A stretch of DNA of 64,000 nt from Bacteroidales bacterium UBA1797 (GTDB lineage: Bacteria > Bacteroidota > Bacteroidia > Bacteroidales > VadinHA17): NCBI GenBank assembly GCA_002319885.1, contig DCFT01000028.1, positions 88,834 to 152,833 of the forward strand, in the 5' to 3' direction. The translations under genes were made by a program, and so were the position numbers. Position 1 is the first letter of the stretch. Each line of letters begins with the position of its first letter. Positions 26,547-36,665 of this stretch are shown here, piece after piece. The notes under the pieces are model-generated. The model had not been told where the DNA came from and did not search any database. It saw only the letters and a program-made list of their open reading frames with translations.

Positions 26547-29500
26547 CTATTTCTTCTTAATTTTTGTTTCATCTTCTTTCTTCATCACCGATTTGTTTTT
26601 TTTTCGGAATAAATCAGAAAAACGGTTAAAATCCTGGTGATAAAAGATCCCGACTCCCTGTGTATATGGACTCAGTCCACTGGCGGAATATGTATCATTA
26701 AAACGGTTGAAAACTTTAAACTGCAGTTTCTGTGTCAGTTTTATTTCTGCATCAAAGTCACCTGTTAACTGATTTGTATTGGCGTTTGGACTGGGGGTTG
26801 ACGTTGTAGTTCCGGTTCCCCTGACATCAAAGTTACCGTTTAATACTATTTTATTATTAAGAAGCTGGGTCGACAAGGCAAGCTGTGCTTCCTGTGGGCT
26901 TATTGCGTTTGATCCGGGTCTTATATTGAGTCCGATATCAATATCTTTACTAATCTGCGACAGCCAGTTGCTTATCTGGCTGGAGACCATTTCAAAAGTT
27001 GTGGCCGCCATTGCTGAAGTACCGCTCGTTGTTGTAGATGATGCGGACGTTCCGGAACCCGTTGATATAAAACTGTTCATCAGCAGAAGAGCTACAACCT
27101 GTCGTGTCATTTCTTCTTCGGTTGAGATATAATTATGAAGGTATGATCTGGTCTGTTCATCAGCATCCGGAAGGTAAATATCGAATCCTACAATTGGATT
27201 GAAAAGTTTGCCTGATAAGCTTAACTGGGGTTCAACACGTATTCTTTCATTATACTTTTCATCCTGGATAATTGCCGGATAAAGAGAAGCTTTAAGGTTT
27301 AAATACCTGGCCATCAATTCAATTTGAGCATCCTTCAGATTTCCATTGAACATTATTTTACCTCCATTCTCGACACTGAAAGGTTTGTTGAAAATAGTTC
27401 CGAAGGTAAAGGTGTATTCGCCATCTTCAATTATATAATCGCCGGATATACCAAAATCGCCATTCTTATTAAGTGTAATATTAAGATTTTTACTTGAACC
27501 ATGTCCTTTCATAACATCGCCAAGTTTTGAATCGAAAATAATCTGCACTTCTGCATCAGGTGTAACTTCAAGATTCATATTAAGGTCTATGCCCAGCTGT
27601 TTTGACTGTGAAGCAGTAGTGGAGTTTGCATTACTCTGGTTTGATTTTTTATTATTGCTTGAATCCTCAAAGGTGATGAACGAATATTCAGAGATTGACA
27701 GCCCTTTGCTGATAGGTATTGAAAGTTTTGTGTTTTTACCGGTTGTTGCTACTACATCAATGGATAATGAATTCTGATCACTATTTATTTTTACAGATCC
27801 CGAACCATATGCAGTTCCATAAAATAGTTGGTTGTCCTTTGGTTGTGTATTTAAAACCTGGAAATTGTTAGAAATTATTTTAATAATTATATCAGCTGAG
27901 TAATCACGAAAATCTTTATGATAAACAGCTCCTGTGATAGTTGCAGCATTGCCTTTCACATCTGTTATCTTAACATCCTTGAATTTAATCCCTTCCTTAT
28001 CAAATCTTATGGAATCATTCATTGAGTATTTAGTCTGAAGATAATTGATCTTCAGAGATGCATTCTTAACCATAGCAGCTCCTGTAAGAAAAAGATCGTC
28101 AACAGCCCCTGATAATTTTAATTTTCCTGTTGCAGAACCGGATATTTCAGAAGCAAATGATCTGAGCAGAGGATTAAGAAAAACAATTGGTAATTTTTTG
28201 GCATTTGCACTCAGATCGATTTTTTTTGTTTCAGGATCATAGGTTCCTTTAATATCGAGCATATTCACAGAATTAAGGTCATCGCTGGCTTCAATGTTTA
28301 CAACCTTTTTAACATTGTCGAGAGTTGAGTTGATTGTAAGATTTCCAAGCTTGGTGTCAAGAACAGATAAATCTTCCACTTTAATGTTTCCTACAAGTAA
28401 TAAGTTTTTATAAACATTCGTAAGAAGTATTTTGCCGTTAATATGACCCTTGAAATCTATAGCGATCATATTTGGGTCATTATTGCGTTTCCGGTTTATA
28501 AGAATGTTAAGAGGTTCAAGATCAATTCCTTTAAATTTGACTTTTAATGTATCTGCCGGATTTGCTGAAACGGAACCGTCAACCTGATAAGAGCGTTCCT
28601 TGTTTGAGGCGTAGAGCTTATTAATATGTATTGAATTTGAATCAATTAAAATCGAGGAAGAATTTAATTTCCAAAGGTAATTGTCTGAATAAATATGGGA
28701 GGAATCTATATCTATTTTCAGAATGGCATTATGATTTCCATTGGCATTATTCACAACTGTTCCGCTTGCAGTGAAACTGCCCTGGTTCAGGATCGTATCT
28801 TTATTATCCCATTTAACCTTAAATGTGAAGTTATCGGGTTTCGTATTGAGTCCGACTGACAAATTTTTAAATTCAGATTGTCCAAGCAGACTTAAGGAAG
28901 CACTATTAAGTCCAAGGGATAATTCAGAACCTGAAACGGATGCATCAAATGAAAAATTCCTGAAAACATTATTTTTTAATGTAAGTAAATCCGCCTTTCC
29001 CTCTATCTCTATAATACTGTCGGCAAAAACAGAGCCTTTTATAAAGCTCCTGTCAGCTAATAAAAGTCCTGTGCGGAAAAATTTATTGATCTTATCCGTA
29101 TTTTTAAAATTAATATCAAAAGTGAACATGTTTTTTTTGAAATCGTTCTTTTTATCAATGAAATGAAACTGCGAAGGCATAAGCGAGTCAAGCTTGGATT
29201 TTACGAGACTTCCCAAACCGGCAAAATTATAATATCCTTTAATGTCAGCATCGACAAAATCAGTCCTTAGACTCAGTACCGGTTTATTTTCTTCCTTATG
29301 CGTTTTTATTGAAAAGTCATAGAGCTCCAGAGTATTATTATATTTTACGAAATTTGAATTAAGAAGCTTTATTTCTCCATCAAGATTATCAATACTATTT
29401 CCTTTAAAATTTGATGTAAGAAGCATATTAACTGTAGATGAAGTATCGAGTTTATCGAAATTCAATTTGTATAGTTTAGCATTGGCAATATTAAGGGTAA

Positions 29501-31061
29501 AATCAAATTCCGGCAGCTCATTTTTAAAATTCAACAATCCCAGAAGGTCAAGTTTAATATTTTTGTCAACGATATTTATGCTGCCATCCCAGGTCTTTTG
29601 AGTAAATGATCCATTTAGAGTTATATTCCGGTATATATATTTGTTTATCTCAATACTATCGATTTTACCTGTGATGTTCCCTGAAAATTTATTTATTGCA
29701 TATGCATATCCGTCAATATTTGTCTGCATACTCATATTACCTAAAAATTCAGATTTGCCTGTCAGTTCTCCTATATTTAAATCGGTACCTTTAATAAGTC
29801 CTTTTACCGTATATTTTTTAGATTCTCCTGGTCTGAGTGAAATATCCGTTCTGATATTTCCCAGACTTGTCCTTATCTCACCATATGTAACAAAATCCGT
29901 GGTAAATCCTGAAAAGCTTCCGTTGAAGGAAATATTTCCAAGTTTTTTTACAGCGTCGGGTAGTACTAAATATCCTTTACCGGGTATATCGATCTGTTCC
30001 AAATCCTTTACGTTGGTTCTGAGGTTGTTGACGCCGATATACAGAAAGGTGTTTTCTATCTTCGGCAAACCCGAAAAATCAAAATCACAATCGAGCGATG
30101 TATAGTTCCTGTATGAAAGCTTAATATTCCGACCTCTTAACTCAGATATGGTACCCATTATCTTTCCTGATACCCAAACGCTTTCATTTACACTGTCTGC
30201 AAAAGGCATAAAATATTTGAGTTCTTCAGTATTTATTAGTGATTTATCGAGCTGGATATTGAGTTTTACCTTTTCGGTAAAATTTTTAAATGAGCTTGCT
30301 GAGTCAGCAATCATATCGAATCTGTTAATATTAAGAATACTACTGTCACAACTGATAAAAGTGGAATTCAGATGTATGTTTTGTCTGGCCATTATTACAG
30401 AGCTGTTCATCTTTTTTAAAGTGAAACCTGATGATTCTTTAAATGCCAGATTATAGATGTTAAAAGCAATAGTATCGTTCAGGCTTCTAAGGTCCTCAAT
30501 TGTCCCGTTCAAGGCTGAAAGATTAAGATTACTGAAGTCTATCCTGGTTTTTCCCCTGACTCCGGTTCTGTTTATAAGCGCAAACCTGGCATCCCTGATA
30601 TTAATCTGATCAACAGAGAAATGGCTTTTCCCTTTTTTCAGAGTGTCAGCCGGATTCTTTAAGAGATCAAGATACCAGGTCAGGTTCATCATCCCGGTGG
30701 AATCAGTTATTAGAGCAATAACGGGTTTAATCAGACTTACTTTGCCCAGTCTGAAGGAGCTGTGTCTCAAATCCATTCTTCTGATACCTACGATAAGTCT
30801 TTTTGAATACAGCAGGGTATCATTATTTTTATCTTTAATTATTATGTCGTTCACAGACAGCTTGTTAAAGAATTTGTACTCAATGGTACCAATAGAAATT
30901 GTAGATTTGAGTTCTTCTGAGAAATGATCTGTTATTCTTTTTACCATGAATGTCTGAACACTGGGCGCCTTTAAGATCAGATAAAGGACCGTCGGAAGCA
31001 TTAAAATAACGCCGAAGAATATTATAAAATACTTAATCGATGCCTTAATCTTTTTGAGCAT
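26547..31061 (-). CDS. tamB: translocation and assembly module protein TamB (DUF490)
   Basis: 1504 aa with a single N-terminal TM anchor, a long repetitive beta-rich body, and a DUF490-like C-terminus (FNRFNDTYSASGLSPYTQGVGIFYHQDF). Confidence 0.8.
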   Translation of the reverse strand: MLKKIKASIKYFIIFFGVILMLPTVLYLILKAPSVQTFMVKRITDHFSEELKSTISIGTIEYKFFNKLSVNDIIIKDKNNDTLLYSKRLIVGIRRMDLRHSSFRLGKVSLIKPVIALITDSTGMMNLTWYLDLLKNPADTLKKGKSHFSVDQINIRDARFALINRTGVRGKTRIDFSNLNLSALNGTIEDLRSLNDTIAFNIYNLAFKESSGFTLKKMNSSVIMARQNIHLNSTFISCDSSILNINRFDMIADSASSFKNFTEKVKLNIQLDKSLINTEELKYFMPFADSVNESVWVSGKIMGTISELRGRNIKLSYRNYTSLDCDFDFSGLPKIENTFLYIGVNNLRTNVKDLEQIDIPGKGYLVLPDAVKKLGNISFNGSFSGFTTDFVTYGEIRTSLGNIRTDISLRPGESKKYTVKGLIKGTDLNIGELTGKSEFLGNMSMQTNIDGYAYAINKFSGNITGKIDSIEINKYIYRNITLNGSFTQKTWDGSINIVDKNIKLDLLGLLNFKNELPEFDFTLNIANAKLYKLNFDKLDTSSTVNMLLTSNFKGNSIDNLDGEIKLLNSNFVKYNNTLELYDFSIKTHKEENKPVLSLRTDFVDADIKGYYNFAGLGSLVKSKLDSLMPSQFHFIDKKNDFKKNMFTFDINFKNTDKINKFFRTGLLLADRSFIKGSVFADSIIEIEGKADLLTLKNNVFRNFSFDASVSGSELSLGLNSASLSLLGQSEFKNLSVGLNTKPDNFTFKVKWDNKDTILNQGSFTASGTVVNNANGNHNAILKIDIDSSHIYSDNYLWKLNSSSILIDSNSIHINKLYASNKERSYQVDGSVSANPADTLKVKFKGIDLEPLNILINRKRNNDPNMIAIDFKGHINGKILLTNVYKNLLLVGNIKVEDLSVLDTKLGNLTINSTLDNVKKVVNIEASDDLNSVNMLDIKGTYDPETKKIDLSANAKKLPIVFLNPLLRSFASEISGSATGKLKLSGAVDDLFLTGAAMVKNASLKINYLQTKYSMNDSIRFDKEGIKFKDVKITDVKGNAATITGAVYHKDFRDYSADIIIKIISNNFQVLNTQPKDNQLFYGTAYGSGSVKINSDQNSLSIDVVATTGKNTKLSIPISKGLSISEYSFITFEDSSNNKKSNQSNANSTTASQSKQLGIDLNMNLEVTPDAEVQIIFDSKLGDVMKGHGSSKNLNITLNKNGDFGISGDYIIEDGEYTFTFGTIFNKPFSVENGGKIMFNGNLKDAQIELMARYLNLKASLYPAIIQDEKYNERIRVEPQLSLSGKLFNPIVGFDIYLPDADEQTRSYLHNYISTEEEMTRQVVALLLMNSFISTGSGTSASSTTTSGTSAMAATTFEMVSSQISNWLSQISKDIDIGLNIRPGSNAISPQEAQLALSTQLLNNKIVLNGNFDVRGTGTTTSTPSPNANTNQLTGDFDAEIKLTQKLQFKVFNRFNDTYSASGLSPYTQGVGIFYHQDFNRFSDLFRKKNKSVMKKEDETKIKKK

Positions 31062-31199
31062 ATAAATGCAGAATAGCTTAAAATTTCAAATTATTATTTT
31101 TCAGAATTTGATGGTTTAAAGATAGTGAAACTCAGAATACCTGCAGAAATTATTAATCAGGTTAAAAGGATGGTTTTTTCGCGCTGATAAATTCATTAT

Positions 31200-31394
31200 T
31201 TAATGACTCGTATATTTAAAATCAGATTGTTGAATATGCAGTTCGTGAGCAAATGGAACCCCTCTCAAAAAACTATTAATGGAATCATTTTGAATAGTTG
31301 CAGATATTCCTTTTTCCCCAGGCTTATTTTTAAGTGAAATTACAAATATCTTTGTTCCTGCATAAATTCTGATTAACCTGTTTTCTGCTTCCAT
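31200..31394 (-). CDS. small protein, possibly DUF2007-like (putative signal-transducing fold)
   Basis: IRIYAGTKIFVISLKNKPGEKGISATIQNDS resembles the DUF2007 N-terminal pattern. This is a weak call. Confidence 0.3.
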   Translation of the reverse strand: MEAENRLIRIYAGTKIFVISLKNKPGEKGISATIQNDSINSFLRGVPFAHELHIQQSDFKYTSH

Positions 31395-31599
31395 CCGTCA
31401 TGTTTTAGTCTGTTTGTGTAACAAAGTTACATGTTCATTTATTATTTTTGCAAATATTTAATATACTTTCTATTTTTAATAAGAAGGCATAGTTTTCTTT
31501 TACTGCATTTTAACATTATATAAAAATCTGTTAATTCACTCAGGGAATCACTTTTTTATAATAATGATTTATCATTAATAATAAGGGCCCGGACATGTA

Positions 31600-31896
31600 A
31601 TGAAGAAACAAAGGTTTAGAATATTACGGTATTATAACGGGGATACTCCTATTTACGATACAAAGGTAAAAACCTGGTTTGGATGGGTTTCTTTCACGGT
31701 TTTTTATAATACGGATATTGTTCACATTTTCTCGGATCCCTCAGTTCATAAATCATTGGCCTACAAGCGCATTCATCAGTATTGCCAGGTAAAGGGGTAT
31801 AATAAAAAGGAAATTGAAATCACGGAAATTGATAAAAGCAGCGATCAGTCACGGCCGGTTATAACTTTACTGCATTCCGTACATCAGAATAATTGA
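31600..31896 (+). CDS. hypothetical protein (98 aa)
   Basis: The only sizeable ORF in an AT-rich gap. No motif recognised. Confidence 0.3.
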   Translation: MKKQRFRILRYYNGDTPIYDTKVKTWFGWVSFTVFYNTDIVHIFSDPSVHKSLAYKRIHQYCQVKGYNKKEIEITEIDKSSDQSRPVITLLHSVHQNN

Positions 31897-32016
31897 ATCA
31901 ATAAAATAATTTTTGAATTTGCACAATTTATTTTCCCCGGGTTTTTTAATGAACCTGTTTTTGCAGTTGATTTTTTGAGATCTTTACAGGTTGGTATGGG
32001 CAAAAAATAATTTTTT

Positions 32017-33030
32017 ATGGCAGTTACGATATTAGCAATAGAGTCCTCCTGCGATGATACCTCAGTGGCGATCATCAGGGACGGTTATGTATTATCCAAT
32101 CTTATTGCTAACCAGGATATTCATATGGCTTATGGAGGTGTTGTACCCGAGCTGGCATCAAGAGCTCATCAGGCCAATATTGTGCCAGTTACACATCAGG
32201 CTATGATAAAAGCAGATGTCAAAGCTGAAGACATTGATGCTGTTGCTTTTACAAGAGGACCCGGTTTACTTGGTTCCCTGCTTGTTGGAACCTCATTTGC
32301 CAAAGGATTTGCTCTTGCTCAAAATATTCCATTAATAGAAGTTAACCATCTTCAGGCTCACGTCATGGCTCACTTTATACTGGAAAAAGATAAAAACAAC
32401 CGATTACCCTCTTTCCCCTTTTTATGTCTTCTTGTATCAGGAGGTCATACACGGATAATTATTATGAAAAGTCATCTGGAAATGGAGGTCATTGGCAACA
32501 CAATTGATGATGCTGCAGGTGAGGCTTTTGATAAGTGTGGAAAAGTAATGGGGTTTACTTATCCTGCAGGTCCACTCATTGATAAACTCGCAGGAACAGG
32601 AAATAAAAATGCATTCAGGTTTGCAAAACCTCATGTTAAGGGTCTTGATTTTAGTTTTAGCGGATTAAAGACAAGCTTTCTCTATTTTCTCCGTGACAGT
32701 CTGAAAGAGGATCCCGATTTCATAGAACATAATAAAGCAGATTTGTGTGCCTCACTTCAGCATACTATTATCAGCATTCTGATTTCAAAAGTAATAACAG
32801 CTTCACTTCAAACTGGCATAAAGGAAATAGGAATTGCAGGAGGTGTTTCAGCAAATTCAGGATTAAGAAATGAGATGAAGACAGAAGCTGAAAAAAGAAA
32901 ATGGAACCTCTTTATTCCCGCATTCAGCCTTACAACAGATAATGCTGCAATGATTGGAATTACCGCTTACTATAAGTACCAGCGCGGCCAATTTGCAGGC
33001 CATGATATAGCGCCGCTGGCAAGATATTAA
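32017..33030 (+). CDS. tsaD: tRNA N6-adenosine threonylcarbamoyltransferase
   Basis: ILAIESSCDDTS, HQANI, VSGGHT and GGVSANS motifs. Confidence 0.93.
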   Translation: MAVTILAIESSCDDTSVAIIRDGYVLSNLIANQDIHMAYGGVVPELASRAHQANIVPVTHQAMIKADVKAEDIDAVAFTRGPGLLGSLLVGTSFAKGFALAQNIPLIEVNHLQAHVMAHFILEKDKNNRLPSFPFLCLLVSGGHTRIIIMKSHLEMEVIGNTIDDAAGEAFDKCGKVMGFTYPAGPLIDKLAGTGNKNAFRFAKPHVKGLDFSFSGLKTSFLYFLRDSLKEDPDFIEHNKADLCASLQHTIISILISKVITASLQTGIKEIGIAGGVSANSGLRNEMKTEAEKRKWNLFIPAFSLTTDNAAMIGITAYYKYQRGQFAGHDIAPLARY

Positions 33031-33052
33031 TGAATTGTCTTATCTTTTTAAA

Positions 33053-34087
33053 ATGGAACAATCCGGTTTAAAATTTCTTGTGGTTGGAGCAGGTGCAATA
33101 GGCGGGATTACTGCCGCGTTACTGAAAAAAAACGGTACGGATGTGGAAATAGTTTGTAAATATGATGATTACGCATCGTATATTTCTGAGAAAGGCATTG
33201 ATATAAAAGGTGCATGCGGTGAATTCACTGTGAAAATTCCTGCTTATGGTTCAATTGAACAGGTTAAAGAGAAGAAAGACATAATACTTCTTGCAACTAA
33301 GGCAACGGATATGATGGAAGTAATAGCCCCGGTTGTTTCCTTACTAAATAAGGAAGGGTTTATCATATCGCTGCAAAACGGAATTTGCGAAGATAAGCTG
33401 GCGTCAGTCGCAGGAAAAGGAAGAGTAATAGGATGCGTTACTGGTTTTGGAGCCACGATGGAGACAAGGGGAAAGCTTGTAATGACTTCAAAGGGAGATT
33501 TTATTCTCGGATATATGGACAGAGTGTCAGATGATTTTCTTTTTTGTATAGCAGAAATTCTCTCTTCTGTGGTACCTGTAAAGACAACAGATAATATTCT
33601 GGGCCATCTCTGGGCAAAACTTATTATCAATTCCTGTATTACTTCGTTAGGTGCTGTTTGCGGACTTTATCTGGGAAAGATGTTACTCGTTGGGAAAGTG
33701 CGTAAAATATTTATTGAAATTGTAAGGGAGGCAGTTAGAGTAGCTGACAGCATGAAGATTAATATTGAAGTATTTGGAGACAGACTTGATTTTAAAAAAT
33801 TTCTGATGGGGAAAGGTATATATTATGATTTACATCGTCACCTCCTTTTACTTGTTATTGGATTTAAGTATAGAAAACTTAAATCTTCAAGCCTCCAGTC
33901 ACTTGAACGAGACAAATTAACAGAAATTGATTATTTAAACGGATATATTGTAACGAATGCTCTTATCACCGGAGTACCGGTGCCTGTAAATACTTATATT
34001 GTAAATATGATACACCAGATTGAACAGAAGAAGAGAGATATAACAGTTTTCAACTTTGATGATCCATTTTTTGATAGTTTCAATTAA
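33053..34087 (+). CDS. 2-dehydropantoate 2-reductase (ketopantoate reductase, ApbA/PanE family)
   Basis: N-terminal Rossmann motif FLVVGAGAIGG, ATKATD, and a C-terminal SLERDKLTEIDYLNG. The ATG is at 33053; the track start at 33035 is TTG. Confidence 0.8.
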   Translation: MEQSGLKFLVVGAGAIGGITAALLKKNGTDVEIVCKYDDYASYISEKGIDIKGACGEFTVKIPAYGSIEQVKEKKDIILLATKATDMMEVIAPVVSLLNKEGFIISLQNGICEDKLASVAGKGRVIGCVTGFGATMETRGKLVMTSKGDFILGYMDRVSDDFLFCIAEILSSVVPVKTTDNILGHLWAKLIINSCITSLGAVCGLYLGKMLLVGKVRKIFIEIVREAVRVADSMKINIEVFGDRLDFKKFLMGKGIYYDLHRHLLLLVIGFKYRKLKSSSLQSLERDKLTEIDYLNGYIVTNALITGVPVPVNTYIVNMIHQIEQKKRDITVFNFDDPFFDSFN

Positions 34088-34138
34088 TGAATGTGATTTT
34101 TGTGATAAAATTCGTAATTTCGGAACAAATTATAATTG

Positions 34139-34513
34139 ATGGAGGAGTTGAGGATTTCGCCGACCAAGAATACACCCGAGATAATATTAAATCCTGAGGG
34201 GATAATACGTATTAAAGGCAGGTCAATACACGAGAATGTTACAGATTTTTTTGAACCGATCGAAGATTGGATAAGCGAATATATTACAGTTCCGGCAGAA
34301 ATTACAAGTGTGGATATGAACCTGGAATATTTTAATAGTGCCAGCGCTAAAGTTTTTATCCATATTTTACAGAAAATCACTTATGTAACTCTGAAACATA
34401 AGAAATTCATATTCAACTGGTATTATGAAGATGGTGACGAAGACATCCTTGAGCGGGGAGAGTACTTCGCCTCAATACTTGATGTAAAGATCAATTTTAT
34501 CAAGATCAATTGA
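34139..34513 (+). CDS. DUF1987 / SiaC-family regulatory protein
   Basis: ISPTKNTPEIILNPEGIIRIKGRSIHENVTDFFEPIEDWI...LEYFNSASAKVF matches the DUF1987 pattern. Confidence 0.75.
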   Translation: MEELRISPTKNTPEIILNPEGIIRIKGRSIHENVTDFFEPIEDWISEYITVPAEITSVDMNLEYFNSASAKVFIHILQKITYVTLKHKKFIFNWYYEDGDEDILERGEYFASILDVKINFIKIN

Positions 34514-34656
34514 TCCCTCTGAAAAACCTGATCAGGATAACAGGTTAATGAATCAGGTTCATCCTGACCAATAAAGAATCAAAGCAGTTAATTTTTACAT
34601 ATGTCAGTGCTTTATGTAAGTGCAAGGAACCGGTATTCATTGGCAGTAAAATATTC

Positions 34657-35901
34657 TCATTCAGCAAGAGGATCAACTACTCTGCCCATAAAAAGCACCG
34701 AATTTGTTGTGGTCTCTCTGATAATGTAGAGGAATGAATGGTCAATATTAAGAATTAACGGCTCTATTACTGCAGTAGTTGAGATACCAACTATTGTAGC
34801 AGCAGCAGCTTCAGTACCTTCTTCATTCGTTTCAATAAATGCCTGGTGGAGTACTAAGCTGATATAAAGTTGGAGATCAGATATATTAGAGAAATCCGCA
34901 TTATTTTCAAAAGTTATTCCCATTCCCATTTCAGTTAAAATATCAGAAAGTTCCTTTTTATATCCATATTTAAAACGTGGAAATGAAAGATCTGCTTTTC
35001 TGGAAATCATCTTATTGAACCATCCGTTCAGAGTATTGTCATTTAATTGAGAAATCAGATTATTAATTCCATTGTTATCGTCGGGCAGGATCACATCCAT
35101 CACAAAATTTCCCTGTCCATAAGGTAGTTCAGCCAGGGTAAATCCTTCGCCTTTATAGATTTTGTAGTCGGAAGTCTGTTTCATCATAGGAACCTGTTCC
35201 GCTTGCCCCCCGGGATTATAAAATGATCCCTGAACAGTCTTAGCTGCGTCGAACTGTGATTTCCACTGTCCTTTAAAATAGATCGCATTTATTAACAGCA
35301 TTACTGTGTTTGGATCGAGTTTGTCAACCATATTTTTTATTAATCCGTTTGTCTTGATATCAATCCAGTTGTTAATCAGCGATGGAACCTGTGGATCGGT
35401 AATATCAAATGACCTGGATTCTGCATTATAATATTCTGTGAGAATATTGGTAAAGGGTTTCTTTACAACAAAATTTTTCTCACTCCAGACAGAGTTTGCA
35501 ATTGAGATTAAAACGCGTTTATCAACATTAAGAAGGGCTTCAGTAAGATTTTTGTACGAAATATTAATAATATCAGGAGTTAATCCATTCATTCTTAGGG
35601 CTTTTAGCATTGAATCGCGTGTGGCTCCATTGGCCCCGTTTAAGGTCATCGAAAGGGCACTCGATATACTTAAGGGAGAGATTATAATGTTCTCAGATTC
35701 ATCAGCATTTTCGATGACTTTCTTAAAGATATCAAATGCGAATGAGTTTTCTGAGCCCAGAAGTGCTGCCTGATCACTTGTAAGGTCAATCTGCACCGGA
35801 TCGACAGGGTATACTTCACCAGACTCTTTTTTGCACGAGATAAAAAATAATGGAATTGACAATAAGAATAAAATTAAAGTTCTGAAAGCTGACTTTTTCA
35901 T
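34657..35901 (-). CDS. serpin family protease inhibitor, lipoprotein
   Basis: Lipobox FFISC. Serpin body motifs: NIIISPLSISSALSM and NAIYFKGQW. Canonical hinge/RCL EEGTEAAAATIVGISTTA (34771-34824), then PFLYIIRE-like HSFLYIIRE. Confidence 0.88.
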   Translation of the reverse strand: MKKSAFRTLILFLLSIPLFFISCKKESGEVYPVDPVQIDLTSDQAALLGSENSFAFDIFKKVIENADESENIIISPLSISSALSMTLNGANGATRDSMLKALRMNGLTPDIINISYKNLTEALLNVDKRVLISIANSVWSEKNFVVKKPFTNILTEYYNAESRSFDITDPQVPSLINNWIDIKTNGLIKNMVDKLDPNTVMLLINAIYFKGQWKSQFDAAKTVQGSFYNPGGQAEQVPMMKQTSDYKIYKGEGFTLAELPYGQGNFVMDVILPDDNNGINNLISQLNDNTLNGWFNKMISRKADLSFPRFKYGYKKELSDILTEMGMGITFENNADFSNISDLQLYISLVLHQAFIETNEEGTEAAAATIVGISTTAVIEPLILNIDHSFLYIIRETTTNSVLFMGRVVDPLAE

Positions 35902-36001
35902 AATTCTTAGATTTTTGGGATCAGGTACATTATTCAGATATTTTCTGATAAAGATAAATTCTGGTTATCACGTGAAAATATTCAAAAATCATGCCATTTA
36001 A

Positions 36002-36562
36002 CTAAGACTTATTCTTTTGTTTTCCCGAGGTTTCCCTGTAGGCTATGAGATATATTAATGAAATTACAAAAAATACCATTCCAAGGCTAAGAAGCATAAT
36101 AAATGCAAAAACAGATGGTTTATCAAAACCTGGAAGAGGATGTTTCAGCCGGTAAAAATAACCATAAATTGTATAGACAAGAACCATGATAGAGACGATA
36201 AAACTGAAGATTATAGCAGTCCCGTCAAATATCCTCGTTGTTTTATAAAATTTTGTGTTTTTAAAGGTACCATATGAGGATGCAGCATAAGCAGTGGCCC
36301 GTTTACGCGATCTGTCCTGCCTGTATTTTCTCCAGTCTTCCATGGCCTGTTGATAAGCCTGCTCGTCGGTTTTTAACTTATCGTGATTGGCTATTAAAAA
36401 TTCGTATGCTTCAGTTACACTTATAAAAAGGTCCTTGGCATCAGGGGCCGGATTGATATCGGGATGATAAAGACGCGCTTTTTTCCGATAGGCTTTTTTT
36501 ATTTCTTCAACAGATGAGTTATCAGGTAACCCCAATATTTCGTAATAGTCAGTTTGTGTCAT
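36002..36562 (-). CDS. J-domain (DnaJ) membrane protein
   Basis: TDYYEILGL...YRKKARLYHPDINP (HPD motif), followed by two C-terminal TM helices. The ATG is at 36562. Confidence 0.75.
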   Translation of the reverse strand: MTQTDYYEILGLPDNSSVEEIKKAYRKKARLYHPDINPAPDAKDLFISVTEAYEFLIANHDKLKTDEQAYQQAMEDWRKYRQDRSRKRATAYAASSYGTFKNTKFYKTTRIFDGTAIIFSFIVSIMVLVYTIYGYFYRLKHPLPGFDKPSVFAFIMLLSLGMVFFVISLIYLIAYRETSGKQKNKS

Positions 36563-36665
36563 ATCTCTCCGGATATGGAAATATATCACAATTAACGAAT
36601 AATTTTTCGGGTTTTAATTATTTTCTGATTTTAAATCCTTATACATGGAAGTTGTCCATGATGTA

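Noticed and set aside
25831-26640. 269-aa plus-strand ORF
   Set aside because: It is antisense to the TonB gene and runs into intergenic DNA. Its Ser/Phe/Leu-rich low-complexity translation is the mirror of TonB's Glu/Lys/Gly-rich linker, so it is a shadow ORF.
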